From Clostridiaceae bacterium (GTDB lineage: Bacteria; Bacillota; Clostridia; CAYPLH01; DUMO01): DNA of 64,000 bases. A model generated the notes under the pieces. That model did not search any database, had not been told where the DNA came from, and saw only the letters and a program-made list of their open reading frames with translations. The stretch is taken from contig DUMO01000054.1 of the NCBI GenBank assembly GCA_012839865.1, forward strand, positions 1-64,000, given 5' to 3'. Of the stretch, positions 19,832 to 29,047 are shown piece by piece (the first letter of the stretch is position 1; every line of letters starts with the position of its first letter). Position numbers and translations under genes: made by a program.

Positions 19832-19930
19832 GTGGGAGTGTACCTAGGGTTCCGCCGGTGCATGCCGGGCAGGTCCAAGCGGTGCAGGCGAAAGCCACAC
19901 TACCGGGGATAAAAGCCCCATGAAGGAGTC
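19832..19930 (+). ncRNA. ykkC-motif riboswitch, subtype 2 (ppGpp-like 2a most likely)
   Basis: GGGAGTGTACCTAGGGTTCC...GGTCCAAGCGGTGCAGG...ACAC...GGGGATAAAAGCCCCA matches the ykkC subtype-2 scaffold; lies upstream of a NatA-like ABC ATPase. Confidence 0.8.
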
Positions 19931-19958
19931 TCACTGAACTGCTTCAAGGGGCTTTTTT
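19911..19958 (+). terminator. Riboswitch expression-platform terminator
   Basis: AAAAGCCCCATGAAG...CTTCAAGGGGCTTTTTT; the 5' arm is the aptamer 3' end. Confidence 0.75.
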
Positions 19959-20003
19959 ATACCTGTATGGTGCTTAATCATTATCGAAAGGAGAGATCAT
20001 GAA

Positions 20004-20912
20004 ATGAATGTAATTGAAGTCAAGGGACTTAGTAAGACTTTCAAGGTAAAAACCAAGGAAGCAGGCTTAAGAGGAAGCATTTCCACGCTTTTCAGGCCGG
20101 ATTACAAGACTGTGGAAGCGGTTTAGGGTATTGATTTCACAGTCAGTAAAGGTGAAATTCTTGCATTTATAGGGCCAAACGGTGCAGGGAAGTCCACTAC
20201 CATTAAAATGTTGACCGGCATTTTGCACCCGACTTCAGGATACATGAGTGTTCTTGGTCTTGACCCAGGCAAGCAGAGAAAAAAACTTTCGTATAAAATT
20301 GGTAGTGTGTTCGGCCAGAAGTCTCAGTTGTGGTTTCATCTGCCTCCCCTTGATACATTCAAGCTTTTGGGTGTCATATATGAACTGCCTGAGGCAAAAT
20401 TGAAAAAAAGAATAGATTATCTTGTTGAACTGTTTGAAATAGAAGACCTGATGAACATACCCGTGAGAAAGTTGTCTTTAGGGCAGAGGATACGCTGCGA
20501 AATAGCTGCATCATTGCTGCATGAGCCTGAAGTTATTTTCCTGGATGAGCCCACCATTGGCCTGGACATAATAGTAAAAAAGAAAATCCGGGATTTAATT
20601 AAGAAGCTTGCCGGTGAGGAGGAAACCACCATATTCCTGACCAGCCATGATATTGGGGACATCGAGCAGATTTGCCGGCGTGCAATCATCATCAACTACG
20701 GGGAAATAGTATTGGATGAGTCGATAAAAAACTTAAAGTACAATTATCTGCACAAAAAGGTGATCGATGTAAGATTTAATGATATCACCACAGTCCGGAT
20801 ACCAGACGTTGAAGTCTTGAAACAGGCCGACTATTCCGCCAAAATTCAGGTGGACACGAGAAAATGCAACCTGCATGATGTCATGGAGCAATTAATGAAA
20901 AGCGGTAATTAA
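20004..20912 (+). pseudogene. NatA/COG4586-like ABC ATPase, disrupted
   Basis: Frame starts MNVIEVKGLSKTF at 20004, has an in-frame TAG at 20124-20126 before the Walker A GPNGAGKS, and ends abruptly at MKSGN*. Confidence 0.85.
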
Positions 20913-21418
20913 AAGGCGGGCTTGACGCATATCTTGTGCAGCCAAAGAATGTGTATATAAACCTGATGTGCTCAAGAACAAGCATCTCGGCATGGGGGGA
21001 CTTGATTTACGGTTATATTTTATTTATAGCCGCCTTTGGATGGAACAAGGTGTTGATATTTACTTTCTTTACGGTATTCGGGGGGCTTCTTATGGGCAGT
21101 GTCTTTGCATCCGCCCATACCATCACATTCTTCACAGGCAGTGCCAATGCTTTTGCCAGAATAGTGTTAAACTTTACCACTACCTTTGCGACATATCCTG
21201 AAGGCATTTATAAAGGTGCTCTGAGATGGATTGTTTATTCCATCATACCTGCCGGGTTTATTGTGTTTTTACCCCGCCGGATATTCAGTGCCTTCACCTT
21301 CAAAAATGCAGCTTTGCTTGTGGCTATAGATATTATATATATATTATTTGGATATTGGTTTTTCCAGGCAGGTCTCAAAAGGTATGAGTCAGGGAATCTG
21401 ATTGTTACGAAATTATGA
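20912..21418 (+). pseudogene. C-terminal half of an ABC-2 (DUF990-like) permease
   Basis: Frame begins at the mid-protein motif KGGLDAYLVQPKN with a stop 2 codons upstream; no N-terminal half and no RBS. Confidence 0.75.
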
Positions 21419-21440
21419 AAGATTGGTGTGACGGTTTGCC

Positions 21441-21878
21441 ATGATTGACGAGCTCAAAAGAAAACTGAGACAGTTGAAAAAATTCGAGCACAAATTAAGG
21501 TTTGAAAATTTTGAACCTTCCGGGCATAAGAAATACATATGGAATGATTTTTTTTCAACGAAGGATGAGAATGACAGTACCGTAAAATATAACCTGAGCA
21601 AATTGCTGAGAATGAACCGCCAGGAAATAAGAGAGGTATTCGATGAGTATTTTTGCAATGTTTATTTTCAGTATTACAAGGAGAACGGAATTATAGAAAA
21701 AAGCATATATGACCCGAAACTGCTTTCAAGCCTGGGACTTCCCCCGGATGCCACCATAAGCTCTATAAAGAGCAGGTTCAGGGAGCTGGCAAAAATACAT
21801 CACCCTGACCACGGCGGCGACAGCAGCAAATTTATAGAGCTGTTTGAAACATACAAAAAGCTGATGGATGGCAGGTGA
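21441..21878 (+). CDS. Small protein with a C-terminal J-domain
   Basis: LGLPPDAT...IKSRFRELAKIHHPDHGGDSSKF (HPD motif). Confidence 0.82.
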   Translation: MIDELKRKLRQLKKFEHKLRFENFEPSGHKKYIWNDFFSTKDENDSTVKYNLSKLLRMNRQEIREVFDEYFCNVYFQYYKENGIIEKSIYDPKLLSSLGLPPDATISSIKSRFRELAKIHHPDHGGDSSKFIELFETYKKLMDGR

Positions 21879-21929
21879 GGGAAAGGCTTTCTGATATACT
21901 GGCATTGACAGGGATTGCAAACCGCGAAT

Positions 21930-22138
21930 AAAGAAATGTATGCAGAACATAACAAGGCTCTTATTTTGAGAAAACCGACGGTTCGCTGAAGGCAAAAATG
22001 CTACCGCTTTTTACTCGCCCTCACAGGCTTAAAAAAAGCTAAAAAAACATCCTGTTTTTTTCACGTATTTTTGCCTTCATCTCACCTGGTTTTCTAACAA
22101 AATAAAGCCAATTGTTATTGTTCTTCATACATTTCTTT
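21930..22138. mobile_element. ~210-bp palindromic MITE-like element, full copy
   Basis: Nested imperfect inverted arms (GAAATGTATGCAGAAC.., TTATTTTG..AGAAAACC, TGAAGGCAAAAAT); homologous copies at 53965-54029 and 60448-60531. Confidence 0.7.
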
Positions 22139-22237
22139 TTCAATGGTTTTCTGCCTCTCCTGCCCAAATAAGCCTTCATCCTGTGTGTGGTATGATCACT
22201 CGGCCAAGCCCTTGTAAAAAATGCACAAAAAATACAT

Positions 22238-22267
22238 TTGACACGTACAAGCAGTATGGAATATACT
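22238..22267 (+). promoter_or_regulatory. sigmaA promoter for the riboswitch-CDF transcript
   Basis: TTGACA-18-TATACT. Confidence 0.6.
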
Positions 22268-22304
22268 ATACTATAATAATTAAATAGCTTACTCTATTGG
22301 GGTA

Positions 22305-22390
22305 GATTTTACAGAGCAGGCGATGCATTTTAAAATGCGTGGGGCTGGGCCGTTTGGCAGCAGGATTATTACCTGTGGGACTATGATTTA
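22305..22390 (+). ncRNA. NiCo (czcD) metal-sensing riboswitch
   Basis: ACAGAGCAGGCGATGCAT-TTTAAA-ATGCGT-GGGGCTGGGCC-GTTT-GGCAGCAGG...CCTGTGGGAC four-way-junction pattern, upstream of a CDF gene. Confidence 0.85.
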
Positions 22391-22422
22391 GGTTATAGTT
22401 TCACAGGTTTTTGAATATTTGG
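22371..22422 (+). terminator. Riboswitch expression-platform terminator
   Basis: CCTGTGGGACTAT pairs with ATAGTTTCACAGG, followed by TTTTT. Confidence 0.75.
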
Positions 22423-22458
22423 GGATTAGTGAATTCAAGCTATGAGAGGAAATGTATT

Positions 22459-23340
22459 ATGAGCGATAATTACAGGAAAGTTAAAAGGGTGCTGTGGGCG
22501 ATACTTTTTGCGAATCTTGCCGTTGCAATACTTAAGATTGTCATGGGGGCTGCAATTAAAAGCACCGGTCTTTTGGCAGACGGGTTCCATTCGTTAACAG
22601 ATGGTTCCTCAAACATAGTAGGGCTTATCGGAATTTGGTTTGCCTCAAAGCCTGTTGACAAGGACCATCCTTACGGACATACCAAGTTTGAGATACTGGC
22701 CGGATTGATCATTGCCGGCATGCTGTTTTTTGCTTGCGGAAAAATTGCAACCAATGCTGTTGAAAAGCTTCGAAACCCGGTGGCTCCAAACTTGTCGCCA
22801 TTGAGTTTTTCAGTCATGCTGCTGACTATGATTATTAACATTTTTGTAAGCGTGTTTGAACGCAATGCAGGAAAGAAGCTTGACAGCCTGGTTTTGATAT
22901 CCGACTCCATGCACACAAGAAGTGACATTTATGTAACAATAGGAATATTGGCAATTCTTATAGGGATTAAACTCGGGCTCCCGCCAATAATAGACCCTAT
23001 TGCCTCCTTTATAGTATGTGGTATTATTTTTTGGGCGGCATATAAGATTTTTAAGGATAATAGCGATATACTGCTTGACAAGGCCGTTGTGGATACCGAT
23101 AAAATAAAAAGGATTGCTTTTAGTTTTGAACAGGTTAAGGATGCCCACGATATAAGGAGCAGGGGAACTGAAAATGATTTGTATATTGATATGCATATAA
23201 TGACCGAACCCTGCATGAGTGTGGAAGAATCCCATGAACTGATTCACCTTATTGAAGATAAAATTCGGGAAGAAATTAATCAAAATGTGCAGGTTATAGC
23301 CCACATCGAGCCTTACACCGGAAACGGAAACAGCCATTGA
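22459..23340 (+). CDS. Cation diffusion facilitator (FieF/CzcD-like)
   Basis: LLADGFHSLTD, DKDHPYGH, DSMHTRSD, HDIRSRG motifs. Start moved to 22459. Confidence 0.92.
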   Translation: MSDNYRKVKRVLWAILFANLAVAILKIVMGAAIKSTGLLADGFHSLTDGSSNIVGLIGIWFASKPVDKDHPYGHTKFEILAGLIIAGMLFFACGKIATNAVEKLRNPVAPNLSPLSFSVMLLTMIINIFVSVFERNAGKKLDSLVLISDSMHTRSDIYVTIGILAILIGIKLGLPPIIDPIASFIVCGIIFWAAYKIFKDNSDILLDKAVVDTDKIKRIAFSFEQVKDAHDIRSRGTENDLYIDMHIMTEPCMSVEESHELIHLIEDKIREEINQNVQVIAHIEPYTGNGNSH

Positions 23341-23460
23341 AAGAACATGGCTGTTGATAAGTAAAAAATTTGAAGCATCTGCCTGAAGAACCAAAATGGA
23401 TTAAAGACGAAAACAGGCAATATGCAGGCGATATACAAAGGAGGGAGGTTGCACAAGGCC

Positions 23461-24237
23461 ATGGAAAATAAAATCTTATACAAAAAGAAATACAACATAA
23501 GTTTCAGTGATGTGGACTTTTCCAGAAGATTAAAGCTTAGTGCGCTTTTTGAGTATTTTCAGGATATTGCAAGTCTTGCGGCCGACAGTCTCGGGGTCGG
23601 AATAGAATTACTGGAGAAAAAATATGGTGTTGCATGGGTGCTGATGCGAATATATGTTGAAATTATCAGAACCCCTGCATGGGAAGAGGAAATTACAATA
23701 GAAACATGGCCTCAGCCTCCTGAAAGGCTGGAATTCCAAAGAGACTTTATCGTAAGGGATTCCAATGGGAATATTATTATTAAAGCCATATCAACCTGGA
23801 TAATTTTGGATACAAATTCCCGCAAGATAAAAAGGGCGGATTTTATAGCTGAGGATTATCCTGCAATAGTGCACGAATCAGGCAAAAGCGAGAGAGCTAT
23901 GGATTGCGGCCTGCCAAAACTAAAGGCACCTGAACAGCCGGAGGTTGCATATAGAAAGACTGTTGGGTACAGTGATATCGACTCAAATGAGCATTTGAAC
24001 AATTCCAGATATGTGGACTTTATAATGGATTGCTTTGATCTTGCAAGCCACAAAAAGTATGAGGTTAAGAGTATAGATGTCAATTACATAAATGAAGCTT
24101 TGCCCGGGGATACTATAATCCTTTTAAAAGATGTATCAAAAGCTGAATCCGGGCTTGTGCATATTGAAGGAATTAAAGAAAATGACGGCAAGGTTGTTTT
24201 CAGGTCACAGGTGGGAATTCGGGAAAAACAGCTTTAA
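23461..24237 (+). CDS. Acyl-ACP thioesterase (double hot-dog fold)
   Basis: SDVD...FEYFQD, ETWP, SDIDSNEHLNNSRY motifs; GGAGG RBS. Confidence 0.88.
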   Translation: MENKILYKKKYNISFSDVDFSRRLKLSALFEYFQDIASLAADSLGVGIELLEKKYGVAWVLMRIYVEIIRTPAWEEEITIETWPQPPERLEFQRDFIVRDSNGNIIIKAISTWIILDTNSRKIKRADFIAEDYPAIVHESGKSERAMDCGLPKLKAPEQPEVAYRKTVGYSDIDSNEHLNNSRYVDFIMDCFDLASHKKYEVKSIDVNYINEALPGDTIILLKDVSKAESGLVHIEGIKENDGKVVFRSQVGIREKQL

Positions 24238-24276
24238 ATTTCTTTGCCGCCGCTTTTATTAATTATCCTGAAGGTT

Positions 24277-24525
24277 TTAATATTTTACGTTTTCTCTTTT
24301 TTCCAGTTCCTCAAGAGAATAGGTAATGCATTTTGATGCCCTGCGCTTTTTTGCAGGCTTGTTTTTTTCTGTATCGGGCTTTTCAGCAGCCGGGGGAGAC
24401 TGGTTCTTTTTCTTTTCACTTTCAGCCTTTTTTGTCCCTATAGGCGCGTTTATTGCTTCTTTGCAGCTTTTGTTTGAACACTTTCCGTTAATAATAATGG
24501 ATCCGCATTTGCAAAACTGTGGCAA
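24277..24525 (-). CDS. Small basic hypothetical protein with a 4-Cys N-terminus
   Basis: FCKCGS...GKCSNKSC; AGGAG RBS before a TTG start. Confidence 0.6.
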   Translation of the reverse strand: MPQFCKCGSIIINGKCSNKSCKEAINAPIGTKKAESEKKKNQSPPAAEKPDTEKNKPAKKRRASKCITYSLEELEKRENVKY

Positions 24526-24717
24526 TCATAATCAACTCCTTTTAAAGATAATTATATCACAGGAGATTTGATTTTATGATTCTAACTGTCAGCAGAATAT
24601 GTACAACCTGTCTTTGAATATCTTATATATGATTGTATTTTACGGGCATTATCAAAAAAAGTTAAAAAAGTCTGCAAAAAAATGAAACTGTTAAGAACGT
24701 TTTTGGAGAGTGATTTT

Positions 24718-25488
24718 ATGATTATTGTTATCAGGAAAAGCAATATTTTGCTTGTAATACTTGCTTTCATACTGGCGCTGCTGGTGTATAGCATTGACTT
24801 CAGCAAGAATCCGGATGTACCGGTTGTAACCAATCCTTACATGGACGGTGAACTCTCCGTTTTGATTGATCCGGGCCATGGAGGAGAGGACCCGGGTGCG
24901 ATAAGTGATTATAGCGGTCTTAAGGAAAAGGATTTAAATCTTGATATATCTTTTAAACTGAAAGCTTTGCTCGAAAATGAAAATGTAAAAGTCATCATGA
25001 CCAGACAGGACGATATTTTGCAATATAATCCCGGCACATCGGGTATTTCAAACAAGCGGGCCCAGGACCTGAGAAACAGGAAAAAGATGATGGATACCGC
25101 CGGGGCGGATATAGTTGTCAGTATTCATTTCAACAAGTTTCAGCAAACCCAATATTATGGAGCCCAGGTTTTCTATCCTCCTGAGTGCCCTGACGGGAAG
25201 AAACTTGCCGAATTCATCCAGTCTGAATTGAGAGCTACGGTTGACCCTGCAAACAAGAGGGAAGCCCTGGTGAAGAAAGACGGCCTTATTATTATAAAAA
25301 ACTGGAAAACTCCAACGGTTATAGTCGAATGCGGGTTTCTTTCAAATAAGAATGAGGAATTGAAAATACGGGATGAGCAGTTCAGGCTTAAAATTGCTGT
25401 TGCCATAAAAGATGGTATTATGAAATATTTCAAGGATAAGAGCGGAGCTTCCTTTGAGGACCATGTGGCCAGTATAATTGAACCATAA
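24718..25488 (+). CDS. cwlD: N-acetylmuramoyl-L-alanine amidase, CwlD-like
   Basis: IDPGHGGEDPGA, EKDLNL, SIHFN, IVECGFLSN; N-terminal TM anchor. Confidence 0.8.
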   Translation: MIIVIRKSNILLVILAFILALLVYSIDFSKNPDVPVVTNPYMDGELSVLIDPGHGGEDPGAISDYSGLKEKDLNLDISFKLKALLENENVKVIMTRQDDILQYNPGTSGISNKRAQDLRNRKKMMDTAGADIVVSIHFNKFQQTQYYGAQVFYPPECPDGKKLAEFIQSELRATVDPANKREALVKKDGLIIIKNWKTPTVIVECGFLSNKNEELKIRDEQFRLKIAVAIKDGIMKYFKDKSGASFEDHVASIIEP

Positions 25489-25585
25489 AAAGAGCTGCCC
25501 GAAATGGTTTTTAATAACCGCTATTCTTTGCCGGTAATAGACCGGCTTTTGTGTTGCAATACAAGTGAAAGCAAAATAGAGGCTG

Positions 25586-27499
25586 TTATTCCAGTTTGCC
25601 TGCCAAAAGTTCGCTCCATAAGGCGTACAGGGAATTCAACTTATTGGCCAGCTCTTGTTTTTGTTCATATAAATCCGTCAAGGCTACATGGTCGGCCTGT
25701 ATTGCCGGGTCCATCATTTTTTCCGATATGCTTTCAATTTCCTTCTCTGTCAGATAGATATCAGCTTCGGTATCGCTGAGCCTTTTTTCAAGTTTTCTCT
25801 GCCTTGCGCGCTCCTCCTTTGTTTTTTGATATTCAAGCCTGGAATCGGACAATTTTACCTGAGATTGGCTGTTTTCTGAAAGTTTTAAGTTTTTCCTGTA
25901 TGAAACATAATCGGAATAGTTGCCAAAATAATCAATTATTCCTGAGTTGTTCATCTCCATTATTCTTGTACCCAGTTTGTTAATGAAATACCTGTCGTGG
26001 GATACTGCAAGTATGGTACCGTCAAACTCCTTTAAAGCCGATTCCAGTGCTTCCTTTGACATAATGTCAAGGTGGTTTGTAGGCTCATCCAGCAATAGGA
26101 AATTAGATCCCGACAGCATGAGTTTTGCCAAAGCCACCCGGGATTTTTCTCCTCCGCTTAAAACGGACACTTTCTTGAACACATCTTCTCCAGTGAAAAG
26201 GAATAATGCAAGGGTATCCCGGATTTGTGTATGTGTTAGCTTTTCATTGGTGTTCCACACTTCTTCCAGAATGGTGTTTTCTTCATTCAAGTTCTCCTGT
26301 TCCTGGTCATAATATCCGACTTTTACATTGTGCCCGTATTCGACATTGCCGGCTGTTGCATCAAGGACCCCTGCCAATATTTTAAGAAGTGTGGATTTGC
26401 CGCAGCCGTTTGGCCCTATCAGGAAAACACGTTCATTTTTCCTGATTGTAAAATTAATATCCTTAAACAGAAGCAATGACGGGTACTCCTTGGCAAGACT
26501 ATTTACAAAAAGAACATCTTTTCCGCTTGATACACCGCTTTTAAATTTTATTTTTATTTTATCGGGAGCCTGCCTGGGTTTATCAATCTTCTCCATCCTG
26601 TCCAGAACCTTTTGCCTGCTTCGTGCCGCAATCAAATTCCGCTCCCTGTTCCATTGTTTCTGCTGCTCGATAAAGGCTTCAATTCTGGCAATTTCCTTTT
26701 GCTGCTGTTCATAGTGCTTTTGCTGGATTTCACGGGTCTCGGTTTTCTTTTTTATAAATGCGCTGTAATTACCGGTGTATTCAGTACATTCGCAACCTTC
26801 AAGCTCAATGGTTTTATTGGTGACGGAATCGAGAAAATACCGGTCATGGGAAATAATCAGCAAAGACTTTTTATAGTTCAGCAGAAATTCCTCAAGCCAC
26901 TCTATGGCGCTTATATCAAGATGGTTGGTGGGTTCATCCAACAGAAGCAAATCCGGTTCCGTAAGAAGCAATTTTGCAAGGGCAAGGCGCGTCTTCTGGC
27001 CTCCACTAAGATTTCCGCAGGGCAGATTAAACTGGTTTTCAGAAAATCCCAGCCCCTTTAAAACACCCTTTGCCCGGCTCATGTATTCGTAGCCGCCATT
27101 CCTTGCAAAATTGTAAGAAATGGCATCATATTGCTTTATTAGTGCGTTTAACTCTACCTGATTCTTTTCATTGCTTATCTGAAGCTCCAACTCACGCATC
27201 TTTTTTTCGGTATCGATTAAATCCCTGAATACGGTAAGTATTTCTTCCAATACGGCATTTTCATTTGAGATGCCGTTATCCTGTTCCAGATACCCTATTT
27301 TGCAGCCTTTTGAAATGAATAGGGTACCGTTGTCAGGCTTGTACTTCCCGGTGATTATATTCAGCATTGTAGTTTTACCTGCGCCGTTTACGCCCACAAA
27401 ACCGGCCTTGTCGGTATCATTCAGGCTGAATGTGGCATTGTCAAGCACCTTGTTGGTTCCAAAACTAAAGGATATATTACTGCATTTTAAGACAATCAA
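25586..27499 (-). CDS. ABC-F family ribosome-associated ATPase
   Basis: Two NBDs (GVNGAGKT and GPNGCGKS; LSGGQ and LSGGE; DEPTNHLD twice), no TM segments, C-terminal coiled coil. Start moved to TTG 27499. Confidence 0.92.
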   Translation of the reverse strand: MIVLKCSNISFSFGTNKVLDNATFSLNDTDKAGFVGVNGAGKTTMLNIITGKYKPDNGTLFISKGCKIGYLEQDNGISNENAVLEEILTVFRDLIDTEKKMRELELQISNEKNQVELNALIKQYDAISYNFARNGGYEYMSRAKGVLKGLGFSENQFNLPCGNLSGGQKTRLALAKLLLTEPDLLLLDEPTNHLDISAIEWLEEFLLNYKKSLLIISHDRYFLDSVTNKTIELEGCECTEYTGNYSAFIKKKTETREIQQKHYEQQQKEIARIEAFIEQQKQWNRERNLIAARSRQKVLDRMEKIDKPRQAPDKIKIKFKSGVSSGKDVLFVNSLAKEYPSLLLFKDINFTIRKNERVFLIGPNGCGKSTLLKILAGVLDATAGNVEYGHNVKVGYYDQEQENLNEENTILEEVWNTNEKLTHTQIRDTLALFLFTGEDVFKKVSVLSGGEKSRVALAKLMLSGSNFLLLDEPTNHLDIMSKEALESALKEFDGTILAVSHDRYFINKLGTRIMEMNNSGIIDYFGNYSDYVSYRKNLKLSENSQSQVKLSDSRLEYQKTKEERARQRKLEKRLSDTEADIYLTEKEIESISEKMMDPAIQADHVALTDLYEQKQELANKLNSLYALWSELLAGKLE

Positions 27500-27854
27500 T
27501 TTTCTGCACCCTCTGTTGGATTTTGTTTTATTGTAGCAGACATATGGTTTTACGGCAATATTGACAATAAAATCACAAAGATGGTATAATACAAAAGCAT
27601 AGAATGTGTCTTGTTTCACGGTAACTTTAGGCAAAACCTGAAAAGTCGGAGCAGAAGCCTTAATAAAACCTGGGAGTGCCGTTGTCCGGATTATTATTAA
27701 TGAAGGCTTAACATGTTATCCCAATTGTTTGGTTATACCCGATTCTAAAAAGGCAGGAACCCATATGGGCTTTAGATAGATGTTATGGTGTAAGACAACA
27801 GTAGTTACATACCATTCGTGTTAAACCTGAAATTATTAAAATGAGGTGTATCTT

Positions 27855-28517
27855 ATGAATCCAAAGAAAAAAATATCAATGGCGGTTGTTAAACGGTTGC
27901 CCAGATATTACAGATACCTTTCGGACCTGTTGAAACTCGGAATAATAAGGATTTCTTCAAAGGAGTTAAGCGACCGGATGGGAATAACCTCATCGCAAAT
28001 AAGGCAGGATTTGAACTGCTTTGGCGGCTTTGGACAGCAGGGTTATGGATATAATGTTGAAATACTATATAATGAGATTGGGAAAATTTTGGGGCTGGGA
28101 AACAACTATAAGACTGTAATAATTGGTGCAGGAAATATGGGACAAGCCCTTGCCAACTATACCAACTTTGAAAAACGCGGTTACAAACTGGTGGGGATAT
28201 TTGATGTAAGACCTGAAATTATCGGTAAAAAGATAAGAGATATTGAAGTTATGCATATGGACGAGTTTGATGATTTTGTTAAGAAAAACAAGGTCCATAT
28301 AGCAATGATCACAGTTCCCTATGAAAAAACCCCTGAAGTGGCCACAAGAGCTGCCCGGGCCGGGATAAAAGGTCTATGGAATTTTTCTCCCATGGATCTA
28401 AAAATACCATATGATGTGATTATCGAGAATGTTCATCTTAGTGACGGATTGATGGTTTTAGGGTACAGGTTGAATGAAAAGCTGCGGGAGCAAAAGGAAA
28501 ATAAAGAAAAAAATTAA
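27855..28517 (+). CDS. rex: Redox-sensing transcriptional repressor Rex
   Basis: VVKRLPRYYRYL, SSQIRQDL, FGGFGQQGYGY, IGAGNMG. Confidence 0.95.
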   Translation: MNPKKKISMAVVKRLPRYYRYLSDLLKLGIIRISSKELSDRMGITSSQIRQDLNCFGGFGQQGYGYNVEILYNEIGKILGLGNNYKTVIIGAGNMGQALANYTNFEKRGYKLVGIFDVRPEIIGKKIRDIEVMHMDEFDDFVKKNKVHIAMITVPYEKTPEVATRAARAGIKGLWNFSPMDLKIPYDVIIENVHLSDGLMVLGYRLNEKLREQKENKEKN

Positions 28518-29047
28518 TTCCAGGACATTTTAACTGAGTTTTCCCTGTGACCAGGGGGCGGTTCTTGTGGTCTTGATTCGCTTCCCTGGTCACTGCATGT
28601 CAGGGCTGATGGATTGAAACAGCCACTAAAATTTTTGAACGGCAACAGGGAGAGCGACATCCTCTCTTCAACGAATTGAGGAGCTTACTTGTGGAAGTCC
28701 GGTGGTTTCCATCTCCAGCGTGTAAAAAATTGAAAAAAATAATAATAATAATGCTGTTCAACAATGAGGGTTTAATGTTATAATATGATTATCTTGCGGG
28801 AAGATGCCTTCCAATTTTTTGTGTGTTTTGCATGGAAAAGCCCTTGCAGCCTATAGAACTCGCAATGAAATATTATTTATTTGTTCTGATTACTCCAGCC
28901 GGATAAAAGAGCATTCAAAAGCTATTTTTATGTTTGGCAGGTTATAAATAAATTATTGAAAAATTTTGAATTATTTTTCTAAATTTTAGGTAAAATAATA
29001 TGAGCAAACAGTATCTGGAAAGGAAAACTTATTAAGGGGGAATTTTT

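Noticed and set aside
20124..20126. In-frame TAG as possible pyrrolysine or programmed read-through
   Set aside because: The same operon has an independent deletion and there are no pyl genes in the window; simple pseudogenisation is more parsimonious.
27640..27850. Search for a Rex operator upstream of rex
   Set aside because: No convincing TTGTTAA-N4-TTAACAA-type palindrome is present.
28589..28620. 32-mer GTCACTGCATGTCAGGGCTGATGGATTGAAAC resembling a type I-C CRISPR repeat
   Set aside because: Single copy, no internal palindrome, no spacers and no cas genes.
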